Below are positions 10,193 to 18,911 of a stretch of 64,000 bases of DNA, one piece after another (within the stretch, counting starts at the first letter, position 1; the number at the start of each line of letters is the position of its first letter). Location of the stretch: positions 2,848,001-2,912,000 of the forward strand of contig OZ244065.1 in the NCBI GenBank assembly GCA_965215505.1, read 5' to 3'. The notes beneath the pieces were generated by a model, which was not told the DNA's origin, did not search any database, and was given only the letters and a program-made list of their open reading frames with translations. Made by a program: the position numbers and the translations under genes. Source of the DNA: Capsulimonadaceae bacterium (GTDB lineage: Bacteria > Armatimonadota > Armatimonadia > Armatimonadales > Capsulimonadaceae).

Positions 10193-12688
10193 TCACGGGC
10201 GGGTCTGCCGCTTTCTTTCCGGCCGCCCGCGCTCGGGTGAGGGAGCGGCTTCGCTTTTGTGCATCTCCGGGTGGCGCAGCGGGAAGTCCGGGGTGGGCCA
10301 CTGCGTGGTGCGCGGGTCGTAATAAGCGCCCGCCAGTCCCGCCTCCGTCAGAAGGGTGCGCTTCAGGTGCGCGCCTTCCAGGTGGGCCTGGCGGAGGTCC
10401 GCGTGGCGGAGGTCCGCTCCACTCAGGTCTGCCCCCTTCAGGTCGGCCTCGCTGAGATCGGCGCTGCACAGGCCCGCCCCCTCCAGGTGCGCCAGGCGGA
10501 GATCGGCCCCGCTGAGATCCGCGCCGTCCAGGTGGGCCTCACGGGCCTTCACCCGGTTCAGGAAGGCGGCCCGCAGATGCGCGCCTTCCAGTTTGGCCTG
10601 ATAGAGCGTGGCGTCTTCCAGGTGGAACCGAATCAGGTTGCTGTAGCGCAGGTTCATGCCCGTCAGGACCAGGCCGCTGAAGTTGCTGTTCTTCAGGCGC
10701 GTCTCGTGGTCGTTGGCGAGTTCCAGGAGCGACAACTGCTGCGGGTTGTAGTGCGCCAGTATCCAGTTCTCTGCGGTATTGATGCAGTGGATGTCGGCCG
10801 CGCCGTTGCCGTCGGTCAGGAGGGCATTCTCCAGATGTGCGCCTTGCAGGTCCGCCCCCGTGAGCGTTGCCCCTCTCATCTGCGCGCCGCCCAAGTCCGC
10901 CCCGATCAGGCTCGCCTTCGTGAGATCAGCGCCCCGCAGGTCGGCATCATGGAGGTCGGCGTACTGTAGGTTGGCCTTCTTCAAGCTGGCGTAGCGCAGC
11001 GAGGTCCGCCTCAGGGGTGAGCCGGCGAGGTTATACCCATCCAATTGACAGTTCAGGTGTGTCGGGATGATGTTGTCGCCTTCCCTCGCGAGGTAGTCCT
11101 TTATCCGAGCGTCGTGGTCACTCGGGAGGCCCAGGAGCGCGCACTGTTTGCTGTCGTACTGGGCCAGAAACCAGTAGCGGGCCTTCTTGTGACTGATGTA
11201 GTCCAGGTCGGCTTCCCGCAGATCGGCCCCGGTGAGGTCCGCGTCGGCCAGGCTCGCATCCTGAAGGTTCGCATGCCGCAGGTTCGCCCAGGTCAGGTTG
11301 GCCCCACTCAGGTCCGCCCCTTCCGCACGGGCGTAGCGCAGGTCGGTGCCTTGCAGAGCGGCGGCCGTGCTGTCCCCCGCCGTGCCGTCCCCCGCCGCGC
11401 CGTCCCCCGCCGCGCCGTGCTGTGCCGGCAGGCGCGGGTCCTGGAGGCGGGCGAAGGCGGAGGCGTGCGTCTCATCAAGGAGCCACGGTACGGCCTGGAG
11501 GGCGCGCTGGCGCGCGATGTTCCACAGGCCGACGCCGGCAGGCTCTTCCGGGGGGTGTCCATAGAAGGCGGCGGCGGAAAACAGCACCAGGGCGAGCGCG
11601 CCGAGGGCGGCCTTGTAAGTCAGATGTTCCCCCATGACCCGGAGCCAGCCGTTCTGCCAGGCACAGATCTTCGTCTGGTCACGCTCCAGCGTGATGCGCG
11701 CCAGGTGGTGGAACATGATCGCCGACCACACGCCGACGGCGAGCATCAGCATGTGCAGGCTGGTGATCGGCCAGCTGCGGCAGCACAGGTAGCGCGCCCA
11801 GAAGGGCACGAGCAGGACGGGCGGCAGCCAGTAGACGACAGCCTCCCAGAGTTTCTCCTGGAAGAACATCAGCGGCGTCCGCATCGGGTCCGGCCTCAGA
11901 TGCTTGAAGTAGAGGCGCACCAGGTCGTTGACGAGCCAGGGATAGGACTTGCGATCCAGGGGCGTCCCGTCCGGAAAGATGGCGGGCAATGTCGCCAGCG
12001 TCTCCCAGAGCCGCTGGAGGTAGAGGTGGAAGGCGAAGTACAGCCCCAGAAGGATGAGCGGGCCGAACAGGAAAAAGAGCTTGACACTGATTTCCGCATC
12101 CACCAGGGGCAGCTTCGCGGTGGCGGAACCGGTCAGGACCTGGACGTCGGTCATCCGGGCGATGGTCAGCAGCATGAACGCGCAGGCGGCCAGCAGGGAG
12201 ACCAGCAGCTTGCCGGCGTTCTCGCTCAGCTCCTTCACATGCGTCAGCGCCTCAAAGCTTCTGATGTCCGTCGGCAGGCTGGTGCCGCGCAGGTTGGCAC
12301 CGCTGAGTTGTTCCGGGAGCAGGTTCTTGACTCGGCTCAAGTCGGAGCGGCTGAGGTCCGCATCCTGTAGCCGGCATCCTTGCAGGTCCGCCCCGCCGAA
12401 GTCATGGTCGGTCTTCACCCAGCCGCGCCGGTCCTGGTTCTTGTAGTCGCCGTCTGCGGGCGGCTCCGCCCCCGGCGCGGGCCTGACGCAGCTGAACCCG
12501 AGGGCGGGCCTGCGCCGGCAGTCCGCGCACGGCGTCTTCGGTGTGCCCTCCCCGGCACCCCCCTCGGGGGTTCCGGCGGAGGCGTCCGCGCCGGGGCCTC
12601 TCCCCGTGGCGAAGCGGAACGGCAGCAGTCTCGCGAACGGTTTTCGTTTCGTCTCCGGCGGGGCGTCGGGAGGAAGAAGGGCGGGCAT
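10193..12688 (-). CDS. Pentapeptide-repeat membrane protein
   Basis: Several blocks of A(D/N/H)LxG repeats around a multi-TM region; start MPALLPP after GAGGAG. Confidence 0.88.
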   Translation of the reverse strand: MPALLPPDAPPETKRKPFARLLPFRFATGRGPGADASAGTPEGGAGEGTPKTPCADCRRRPALGFSCVRPAPGAEPPADGDYKNQDRRGWVKTDHDFGGADLQGCRLQDADLSRSDLSRVKNLLPEQLSGANLRGTSLPTDIRSFEALTHVKELSENAGKLLVSLLAACAFMLLTIARMTDVQVLTGSATAKLPLVDAEISVKLFFLFGPLILLGLYFAFHLYLQRLWETLATLPAIFPDGTPLDRKSYPWLVNDLVRLYFKHLRPDPMRTPLMFFQEKLWEAVVYWLPPVLLVPFWARYLCCRSWPITSLHMLMLAVGVWSAIMFHHLARITLERDQTKICAWQNGWLRVMGEHLTYKAALGALALVLFSAAAFYGHPPEEPAGVGLWNIARQRALQAVPWLLDETHASAFARLQDPRLPAQHGAAGDGAAGDGTAGDSTAAALQGTDLRYARAEGADLSGANLTWANLRHANLQDASLADADLTGADLREADLDYISHKKARYWFLAQYDSKQCALLGLPSDHDARIKDYLAREGDNIIPTHLNCQLDGYNLAGSPLRRTSLRYASLKKANLQYADLHDADLRGADLTKASLIGADLGGAQMRGATLTGADLQGAHLENALLTDGNGAADIHCINTAENWILAHYNPQQLSLLELANDHETRLKNSNFSGLVLTGMNLRYSNLIRFHLEDATLYQAKLEGAHLRAAFLNRVKAREAHLDGADLSGADLRLAHLEGAGLCSADLSEADLKGADLSGADLRHADLRQAHLEGAHLKRTLLTEAGLAGAYYDPRTTQWPTPDFPLRHPEMHKSEAAPSPERGRPERKRQTRP

Positions 12689-12735
12689 GGCTGACTCCTC
12701 GGTACGGCGTGGGAAGGATGGGAGGCCGCGGAGAC

Positions 12736-12764
12736 ATCTTAGCACGCCGTAAACCGGCTGTCAA
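12736..12764 (-). promoter_or_regulatory. Sigma70 promoter of the pentapeptide gene
   Basis: Minus strand TTGACA-N17-TAAGAT. Confidence 0.65.
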
Positions 12765-12931
12765 GGATTTAGAGAGGCGTGTGACAATTATCACACGTTC
12801 CCATCTGCCGTCGCCCGGTGAGAGTTTCCTTCCGCATGAGGCCCGACTTTGCCGGATGGCCCAGCCGGGCCCACAATGGGCCCGGCCCTTCAGGGCCGGG
12901 ACGCCGTGATCGCCCCGCTGCAACCCTTCCC

Positions 12932-14542
12932 CTACTTCCGCGTGAACACCATCCGGTTCAGGTCATAGCCGCCGGTGTCTTCCACCAGCCGGAGGACCTG
13001 ACGGCCTGCCGGCAGGGTGATGGCGGCGTCCACGGTGGCCCATTTCTGCCAGCCGCCGGTATCGGCGACGCTGACCGGGCCGGAGAGGTCCTTGCCGGCC
13101 GCGTCTTCCAGGTGGAACCGGCCGCCCGCGCCCGCCGCCGAGACGCGGAAGCCGACCGTATAGGCCCCCGCCGCCTGCGCCGTGACGGTGTACCGGAGCC
13201 ACTGCCCCGCCGCCGTCCAGCCGACGTAGTAGCCGCCCCCGGCATCCGTACACTCTTCGATGTCTACGCCGTCATGGGGGCGGTAGGTGGCCCCGCCGCT
13301 GTTCGTGCCGTCGGCGTCATGGAAGCCGAGTCCCTCCCCGCCCGCATCATAATCCTCCACTTCCACCGTCCCCGGCACCGCCCGAGGCGCACCGCCGTGG
13401 GGCGCTTCCACGGCCTGCTGCGCCGCCGCATCGCGCTCGCGGGATTTCGGAGACTGTCCCGCCGCGTTGACGGCGGCGACCGTGTAGTAATACTTGACCT
13501 TGGGGGCCAGGCCGGTCTCCAGGAAGGAGGTGGCGGCGATCCCCGTCTTGTACGGCGCGGCGTCCCTGTCGCCGCGTTTCGTGCTGCGGTAGACGGAGTA
13601 GGTGGTCGCGGCGATGTCGCCCGGCCAGGACAAGGCGATCTGCCCGCCCTCGGCAGGCTCCGCGGTCAGCCCCTTCGGCGCGGCGGGGACGGTCGGCGTC
13701 CCCTGGTAGACGCGGACATAGTCCACGAGCATCCGCTGCGGGAAGACCGTGGTGGCGTCCGGCTTGCCGGGCCAGTCGCCGCCGATGGCGGTGTTCAGGA
13801 TGAGGAAGCAGGGCGCGTTGAAGGGCCACGGGTTCTTGCCGTATTCGGCGGGCGTCCGGGTCTCGTACAGCGCACCGTCTATGTAGAACGAGAAGGAGTC
13901 CTTGGCCCAGAGCATCTGGAACAGGTGATAATCGTCGTGGAAGGCCGCGCCGCCCGGCAGGTCATAGGGCGCGTTCTTAGTGAAGTTCGCGTGCGGGTGC
14001 GGGTCGTCCGGCGCGGCGCTGTGCAGGCTGCTGAGGTTGTGGCCCTCCCAGGACTTCTTGCCGATGTTCTCCATGATGTCCACCTCGCCGCTCGTCGGCC
14101 AGCCCACCATGCGGATGTTCGCGCCAAGCATCCAGTAGGCGGGCCAGATGCCCTGGCCGTAGGGCAGCTTGATCCGCGCTTCAAAGAAGCCGTACTGGAA
14201 GGTCTTCTTTCCCTGCGTGAGCAGACGCGCCGACTCGTAACCGTGCGTGTCGGTCGCGAGGATCTGCAAGGCCTCGCCGTCGGTCGTTCCGGGCGCGGCG
14301 ACGATCTGGGCGTGTTCGAGGTCGCTGACGTAGGTTTCCAGCTCGCCGTTGCCCCAGCCTCCGCCCCCCGTGTCGTGGCCCCAGACGGCGGGGTCCGGCT
14401 TCGCGCCGACCCCCTGGTGGAACTCCTCGCTCCAGGCGAGACGGTAGCCCGGCGGCGGGTCCGCCTGCGCCGGGCCGAGGAGCCAAGCGGCGGTCATGCA
14501 GGCGAGCAGGGGAGCCAGACGTCGGGGGTGTGTCTTGCTCAT
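12932..14542 (-). CDS. Secreted GH16 beta-glucanase (laminarinase-like) with FN3 and CBM6 domains
   Basis: Signal peptide, GWGNGELE, GIWPAYWMLG, catalytic EVDIME, FN3 YYYTVAAVN, CBM6 GQWLRYTV/TGGWQKW. Confidence 0.92.
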   Translation of the reverse strand: MSKTHPRRLAPLLACMTAAWLLGPAQADPPPGYRLAWSEEFHQGVGAKPDPAVWGHDTGGGGWGNGELETYVSDLEHAQIVAAPGTTDGEALQILATDTHGYESARLLTQGKKTFQYGFFEARIKLPYGQGIWPAYWMLGANIRMVGWPTSGEVDIMENIGKKSWEGHNLSSLHSAAPDDPHPHANFTKNAPYDLPGGAAFHDDYHLFQMLWAKDSFSFYIDGALYETRTPAEYGKNPWPFNAPCFLILNTAIGGDWPGKPDATTVFPQRMLVDYVRVYQGTPTVPAAPKGLTAEPAEGGQIALSWPGDIAATTYSVYRSTKRGDRDAAPYKTGIAATSFLETGLAPKVKYYYTVAAVNAAGQSPKSRERDAAAQQAVEAPHGGAPRAVPGTVEVEDYDAGGEGLGFHDADGTNSGGATYRPHDGVDIEECTDAGGGYYVGWTAAGQWLRYTVTAQAAGAYTVGFRVSAAGAGGRFHLEDAAGKDLSGPVSVADTGGWQKWATVDAAITLPAGRQVLRLVEDTGGYDLNRMVFTRK

Positions 14543-14629
14543 CGGTCGGTGTCCTCTTTCGGGGTGCGTGTTCGGCAGGAGGTTAATGCTATCTTCGCCG
14601 TAGAGACGGGGATTTCCTGCCGGAAGGAA

Positions 14630-14723
14630 GCCCGGCCTTGAAAGGCCGGGCTACTCCTGAGTGGAAACCCCTCCTGGGTTGAAGATGTGCCTGCCGGCGT
14701 AGGGGCGCTACTTGCTGCGCCCT
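14630..14723 (+). repeat. Composite palindromic repeat plus GTAG REP
   Basis: GCCCGGCCT-TGAA-AGGCCGGGC hairpin, then GTAGGGGCGCTACTTGCTGCGCCCT at 14699. Confidence 0.6.
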
Positions 14724-14758
14724 CCTAATCCTCGCCAGGTCCTGTTCCTGGCCGGTCT

Positions 14759-15247
14759 CTATCTCCGGTTGGCCCACCACCAATCAACATAGTCCGTGTC
14801 CGGCACCTCCCCGCCCAACTGGTTCACCAGCAAGGCGGCCTGGCCCCGATGGTAGGAGGCATGGCCGAACAACTGGACGATCTGCACTTCGACAGGCACG
14901 CTGAAGCTTTGCCCCTCCTCGCTGAACTCGAACTCTCGGGCCAGCCGGTCTTCATCGAGGCGCGCGAGGTAGTCCGTCCACTGGGCCTGAATGGCGGCGA
15001 ACCGTGGCCCCAGGGCGGCGAGGTCATGCGCCCCGTCGTACTGGGCCGCTCGGTTGAAGTCGGTTTTGTCCATGTGGCCGAGCCAGTATTCGCGGCAGCC
15101 CGCCAGATGGCCGGCGATCGAGACGGCCTGCTGGAAGCGGGCGTCGGCTCGGCTGTCTTCCGGGACCGATTCGATCATGGCGAGCATTTTCTGGTCAGCG
15201 TCCTTCTCGTGTTCGTAGGACTCGCGGTAGTGTTGGAGCAGCGACAT
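14759..15247 (-). CDS. DinB/YfiT family protein
   Basis: IAGHL...W and QLFGHASYHRGQAALL...DTDY motifs; start MSLLQHY after CAGGAGG. Confidence 0.88.
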   Translation of the reverse strand: MSLLQHYRESYEHEKDADQKMLAMIESVPEDSRADARFQQAVSIAGHLAGCREYWLGHMDKTDFNRAAQYDGAHDLAALGPRFAAIQAQWTDYLARLDEDRLAREFEFSEEGQSFSVPVEVQIVQLFGHASYHRGQAALLVNQLGGEVPDTDYVDWWWANRR

Positions 15248-15370
15248 GGGGGATGCCTCCTGAAAAGACGTATGGCATAGGGATGAGATACGAATGGGTG
15301 TTCGCCGTGGCTCCGCTGATTTCCTGCCGGAAGGCCATTGGCCATTCATGGCCGGTTTATCTTAACACAC

Positions 15371-15399
15371 TTGACAAATATTTTACAGCCGTGTATAAT
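15371..15399 (+). promoter_or_regulatory. Consensus sigma70 promoter of the tetR-MFS operon (likely leaderless)
   Basis: TTGACA-N17-TATAAT; ATG 7 nt after the -10 box. Confidence 0.85.
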
Positions 15400-15406
15400 A
15401 TTCCCA

Positions 15407-16030
15407 ATGATCACCACACGGCTCGAAGAACAACAGGAGCAGCTCGGCCTGCGGGAGCGGCAGCGGCAGGCGCGGGGCGAGGCCATCCTGGAGGCGGCCT
15501 TCGCCTTGATCGTCGAGCAGGGCTATGACGCCCTGACGATGGAGGCGCTGGCCGCGCGCGTCGGCATCTCCCGGCAGACTTTGTACCACCACTTCGCCTC
15601 GCGCGAGGACATCATCCTGCGCGCGGTCCTGACCCTGACCGAGCGGGGCATCGAGGCCATCCACTCCTTCGGCTCGTCCCTGCCGCCGGTCGAGCGGCTG
15701 AAAGGCATCGTGCGCTGGCTGCTGGAGCGGCGTTTCGAGCCGATCACGGCGGCGCTCGTCAAGGTCCGCCACTCCTTGATGAGCATCAAGTCGCACCCGG
15801 ACTACCGGCGCGCGGCCGAGCGGCGGACGTTTGCCCTGGCGCAGATCGTGTCGGCGGCGCAGGAGGCGGGGGAACTGCGCGCCGACCTGCCGCCCCACCT
15901 GATCGTCCGGATGCTGCTCGGGCTGGTCGCGGACACCTCCTATGAGGACCTAATTGCGACCGGCCAAACAACGCTCCCCGAGGTCGCGGAGACGGTCATC
16001 GCCGTCTTCTTCACCGGGCTTCGCCCGTAA
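15407..16030 (+). CDS. TetR/AcrR family transcriptional regulator
   Basis: ILEAAFALIVEQGYDALTMEALAARVGISRQTLYHHFASRE helix-turn-helix. Confidence 0.93.
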   Translation: MITTRLEEQQEQLGLRERQRQARGEAILEAAFALIVEQGYDALTMEALAARVGISRQTLYHHFASREDIILRAVLTLTERGIEAIHSFGSSLPPVERLKGIVRWLLERRFEPITAALVKVRHSLMSIKSHPDYRRAAERRTFALAQIVSAAQEAGELRADLPPHLIVRMLLGLVADTSYEDLIATGQTTLPEVAETVIAVFFTGLRP

Positions 16031-16041
16031 AGGCTTTCCCC

Positions 16042-17733
16042 ATGTCTACCACGACCGTTCCGGTGCCTCGGGAGGCCCTGAACGACCTTAGCATACAGAC
16101 AAGCAGACAGGCAGACCGGCAGCGGCAGGAGCGGCCCGCCCCGGCGTCCCCGCCCAGACCGGCCGGGCACGAGGCGGTCAACCCGTTCCGCTGGTTCATC
16201 CTGGCCGGCCTGATCACGGCGGCGATCCTGCAAGTGCTGGACACCACCATCGTCAACGTCGCCCTGCCGCAGATGGCGGGGAATTTGGGCGCGACCAGCG
16301 AGGAGATCGGCTGGGTCGTGACTGGGTACATCCTGTCCAACGTCATCTTCCTGCCGATGACCGCGTTCCTGACCCAGCGTTTCGGGCGCAAGCGCTACCT
16401 GACGGCCTCGATCCTCCTGTTCATCGTCGCCTCCTTCTTCTGCGGCACGTCCCACAGTCTGGGCGAGATCGTCTTCTGGCGCGTCTTGCAGGGCGCGGGC
16501 GGCGCGGCCCTGCTGTCCACCTCGCAGGCGACTCTGGTGCAGGTCTTCCCCAAAGGCGAGCAGGGATTGGTCCAGTCCCTCTTCATGATGAGTCTGACCG
16601 TCGCGCCGACATTGGGGCCGACCCTGGGCGGCTACATCACCGACAACTACACCTGGAACTGGTGTTTTCTCATCAACGTCCCCATCGGCATCCTCGCCGC
16701 GTTCTTCGTGGTGACCTTCCTGCACGACACCGAAGCGCCGAGCAAGGCGGGCCGCGTGGACTGGCTCGGGATCGGGCTGCTGGCCGTCGGCCTGGGGGCG
16801 ATGCAGTACGTCTTGGAGGAGGGGGAGCGCAACGACTGGTTCCAGAGCAGCTTCATCACCGGCCTCGCCGCCCTGTCGGTCGTCTCCCTGATCGCCCTGG
16901 TCTGGTGGCAGCTCTCGCGCCGGAATCCCGCGCCGGTGATCGACTTCCGGGTGCTGCAAAACAGGACGCTTTCGGCGACTTTGTTCCTGTTCGTCGTGCT
17001 GGGCTTCGGCATCTACGGCGGGACGTACCTGTTCCCGCTGCTGGCGCAGACCGTGCTGGGCTTTACTTCCATGCAGACCGGCCTGGCCCTGCTGCCCGGC
17101 GGCGTCGCGACCGGCGTCAGCATCCTGCTGTGCGGGGTCCTCCTGAACCGGCCCAAGGCGCTCATTGACATCCGCTGGGTGATCGTCAGCGGCACCGTGG
17201 TGACGATGGTCTCGATGTGGATGCTCGGCCACCTCTCGCCCCAGTCGGGCACGGCGGACACGACCCTGGCCCTGCTGCTCCGGGGCCTGGGGACCGGCCT
17301 GCTGTTCGTCCCCATCAACCAGGTCGCCTTCGCCAGCCTCAAGAAGAGCGAGTTGCAGCAGGCCTCGGGCCTCCTCAGCCTGTCCCGCCAGCTCGGCGGC
17401 TCGTTCGGGATCGCCCTGCTCGCGACCTTCGTCCAGCAGCACATCCAGTTCCACCGGGTCGGGCTTCTGAGCCACTACGCGCTGTCGAACGGCCTGTTCG
17501 CCCAGCGCCTGCAAGGGCTGACCGGGGCCTTGGTGACCCACGGCATGAGCCGGGCGGACGCCGCCCCCGCCGCCCTGGGCCTGCTGGAGTCCGGCCTGAT
17601 GCGCCAGGCGATGACGATGAGCTACAACGATGCCTTCCTGGTCATGCTGATCGTCAACCTGATCACCCTCCCCGCCGTCCTGCTCCTGCGCCGCCCCAAA
17701 GCGTCCGTGCATGTCGAGGCGGTGATGGAGTGA
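16042..17733 (+). CDS. DHA2 (EmrB/QacA) MFS efflux transporter
   Basis: LDTTIVNVALP, WVVTGYIL, RVLQGAGG, GPTLGGYITDNYTWNWCFLINVPIG; many TM segments. Confidence 0.94.
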   Translation: MSTTTVPVPREALNDLSIQTSRQADRQRQERPAPASPPRPAGHEAVNPFRWFILAGLITAAILQVLDTTIVNVALPQMAGNLGATSEEIGWVVTGYILSNVIFLPMTAFLTQRFGRKRYLTASILLFIVASFFCGTSHSLGEIVFWRVLQGAGGAALLSTSQATLVQVFPKGEQGLVQSLFMMSLTVAPTLGPTLGGYITDNYTWNWCFLINVPIGILAAFFVVTFLHDTEAPSKAGRVDWLGIGLLAVGLGAMQYVLEEGERNDWFQSSFITGLAALSVVSLIALVWWQLSRRNPAPVIDFRVLQNRTLSATLFLFVVLGFGIYGGTYLFPLLAQTVLGFTSMQTGLALLPGGVATGVSILLCGVLLNRPKALIDIRWVIVSGTVVTMVSMWMLGHLSPQSGTADTTLALLLRGLGTGLLFVPINQVAFASLKKSELQQASGLLSLSRQLGGSFGIALLATFVQQHIQFHRVGLLSHYALSNGLFAQRLQGLTGALVTHGMSRADAAPAALGLLESGLMRQAMTMSYNDAFLVMLIVNLITLPAVLLLRRPKASVHVEAVME

Positions 17734-17741
17734 CACAAACG

Positions 17742-17787
17742 AAAAGACGCCCCATGCGAAAATCCGCAAAGGAGCGTCTGCTTTTTC
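17742..17787. terminator. Probable bidirectional terminator
   Basis: AAAAGACGC...GCGTCTGCTTTTT imperfect hairpin between convergent genes. Confidence 0.5.
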
Positions 17788-17804
17788 CGAACTCTGCGCG
17801 GAGG

Positions 17805-18251
17805 TCATGCCCTGGAAAGCTGGTACTCAGGAGAAGCCATTAGCTCTTTTGCCTTCTTGATGGCTGTCGCTTTGGCCGCCTCAGAGATTGCTTCTCGGTC
17901 TCCGATAAAATCCTCGGCACTCGCGACTGCGATCTCTGCATCCGCCTTTGTCACCGGCGGGGAAGGTGAATAGTCAGCCCTGACACGGAAACTCTTCAAC
18001 GTGTCGCCTAGCTTCCCTAGGGAGGCCCCATCATTATTCCAACTGCGGATGAACGCATCCCAGACAAACCTATGGACATTCATTCGGGGAACCGTCACCT
18101 GATTTGCTTCAAGTATCAGCCGCGCTCTCCAGAACGCGGCGTAGTAAGCGCGGCTTGAAGAGGCCCTGGCCGAAGCCTCACTACTGACAAGATCAACAAG
18201 GTTCCTGGCAAGAACCAGGTACTCGTTCCAGTCGAACCCATCTTCAGGCAT
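17805..18251 (-). CDS. HEPN-domain protein
   Basis: FDWNEYLVLA, SRAYYAAF and RVRADY motifs; visibly more AT-rich than the flanks. Confidence 0.78.
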   Translation of the reverse strand: MPEDGFDWNEYLVLARNLVDLVSSEASARASSSRAYYAAFWRARLILEANQVTVPRMNVHRFVWDAFIRSWNNDGASLGKLGDTLKSFRVRADYSPSPPVTKADAEIAVASAEDFIGDREAISEAAKATAIKKAKELMASPEYQLSRA

Positions 18252-18689
18252 TCAGACGGCTTCCACTTCGAAGTTGAGCGGCGACTCCAGCGCTTGCGCC
18301 TGTTTCATCCACCACTCCCGATAGAACTGCTTCCTGAGAGAGATGGCTTCCCGGACCGGTTCGTGCGTCTGGATGCGGGCGAAAAGGGACACATCATTGT
18401 CGCCGTCCCGGTCAACCAGGACTTGCAGCGTTAGGGCGACTCCCCTGCCGAATATTCCTTCTATTGCCGGCACTGCGGCGAGAAGCGTCTTGGCTACATC
18501 AGGGTGGCCCGTGAGGAAGGTCTTGACCTCTTCGTCTTTGATGTAAGTGTACCGCCGGGCGACACGCGAAGCCGCCCCTTCCCCCCTGCCGTCTCCAACG
18601 TATTCTGCGTATGAGCGGCGGGCATGGACGCGGCCAGCCGAAACATCGGCCAGCCCTCCGTCCAGGGCGGCGTTCACTTCCGCCGGCAC
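18252..18689 (-). CDS. Hypothetical protein, probable partner/antitoxin of the HEPN gene (start uncertain)
   Basis: Stop abuts the HEPN ATG; domain EVKTFLTGHPDVAKTLLAAVPAIEGIFG...QFYREWW. Confidence 0.6.
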   Translation of the reverse strand: MPAEVNAALDGGLADVSAGRVHARRSYAEYVGDGRGEGAASRVARRYTYIKDEEVKTFLTGHPDVAKTLLAAVPAIEGIFGRGVALTLQVLVDRDGDNDVSLFARIQTHEPVREAISLRKQFYREWWMKQAQALESPLNFEVEAV

Positions 18690-18911
18690 GGCTCCGTTAG
18701 CGGCGGGTGCAGGTTCGCGGGGTTATCCGTTTCCGCCCGTGCTGTCCTCTGTGTTATCGTCTCCTGTGCCACTCTGGATGGTTCCTTTTCTCTTGCCCGC
18801 CTTCCCTGGCTTCAACCCTTGCCGTTCTTCATCGGCAGCCCCCGCCCATCACCTACCCACTGTTATTGTAGCATCAAAGTCGGCGGCTGTGAACTTTGCT
18901 CCACGGCAGGC

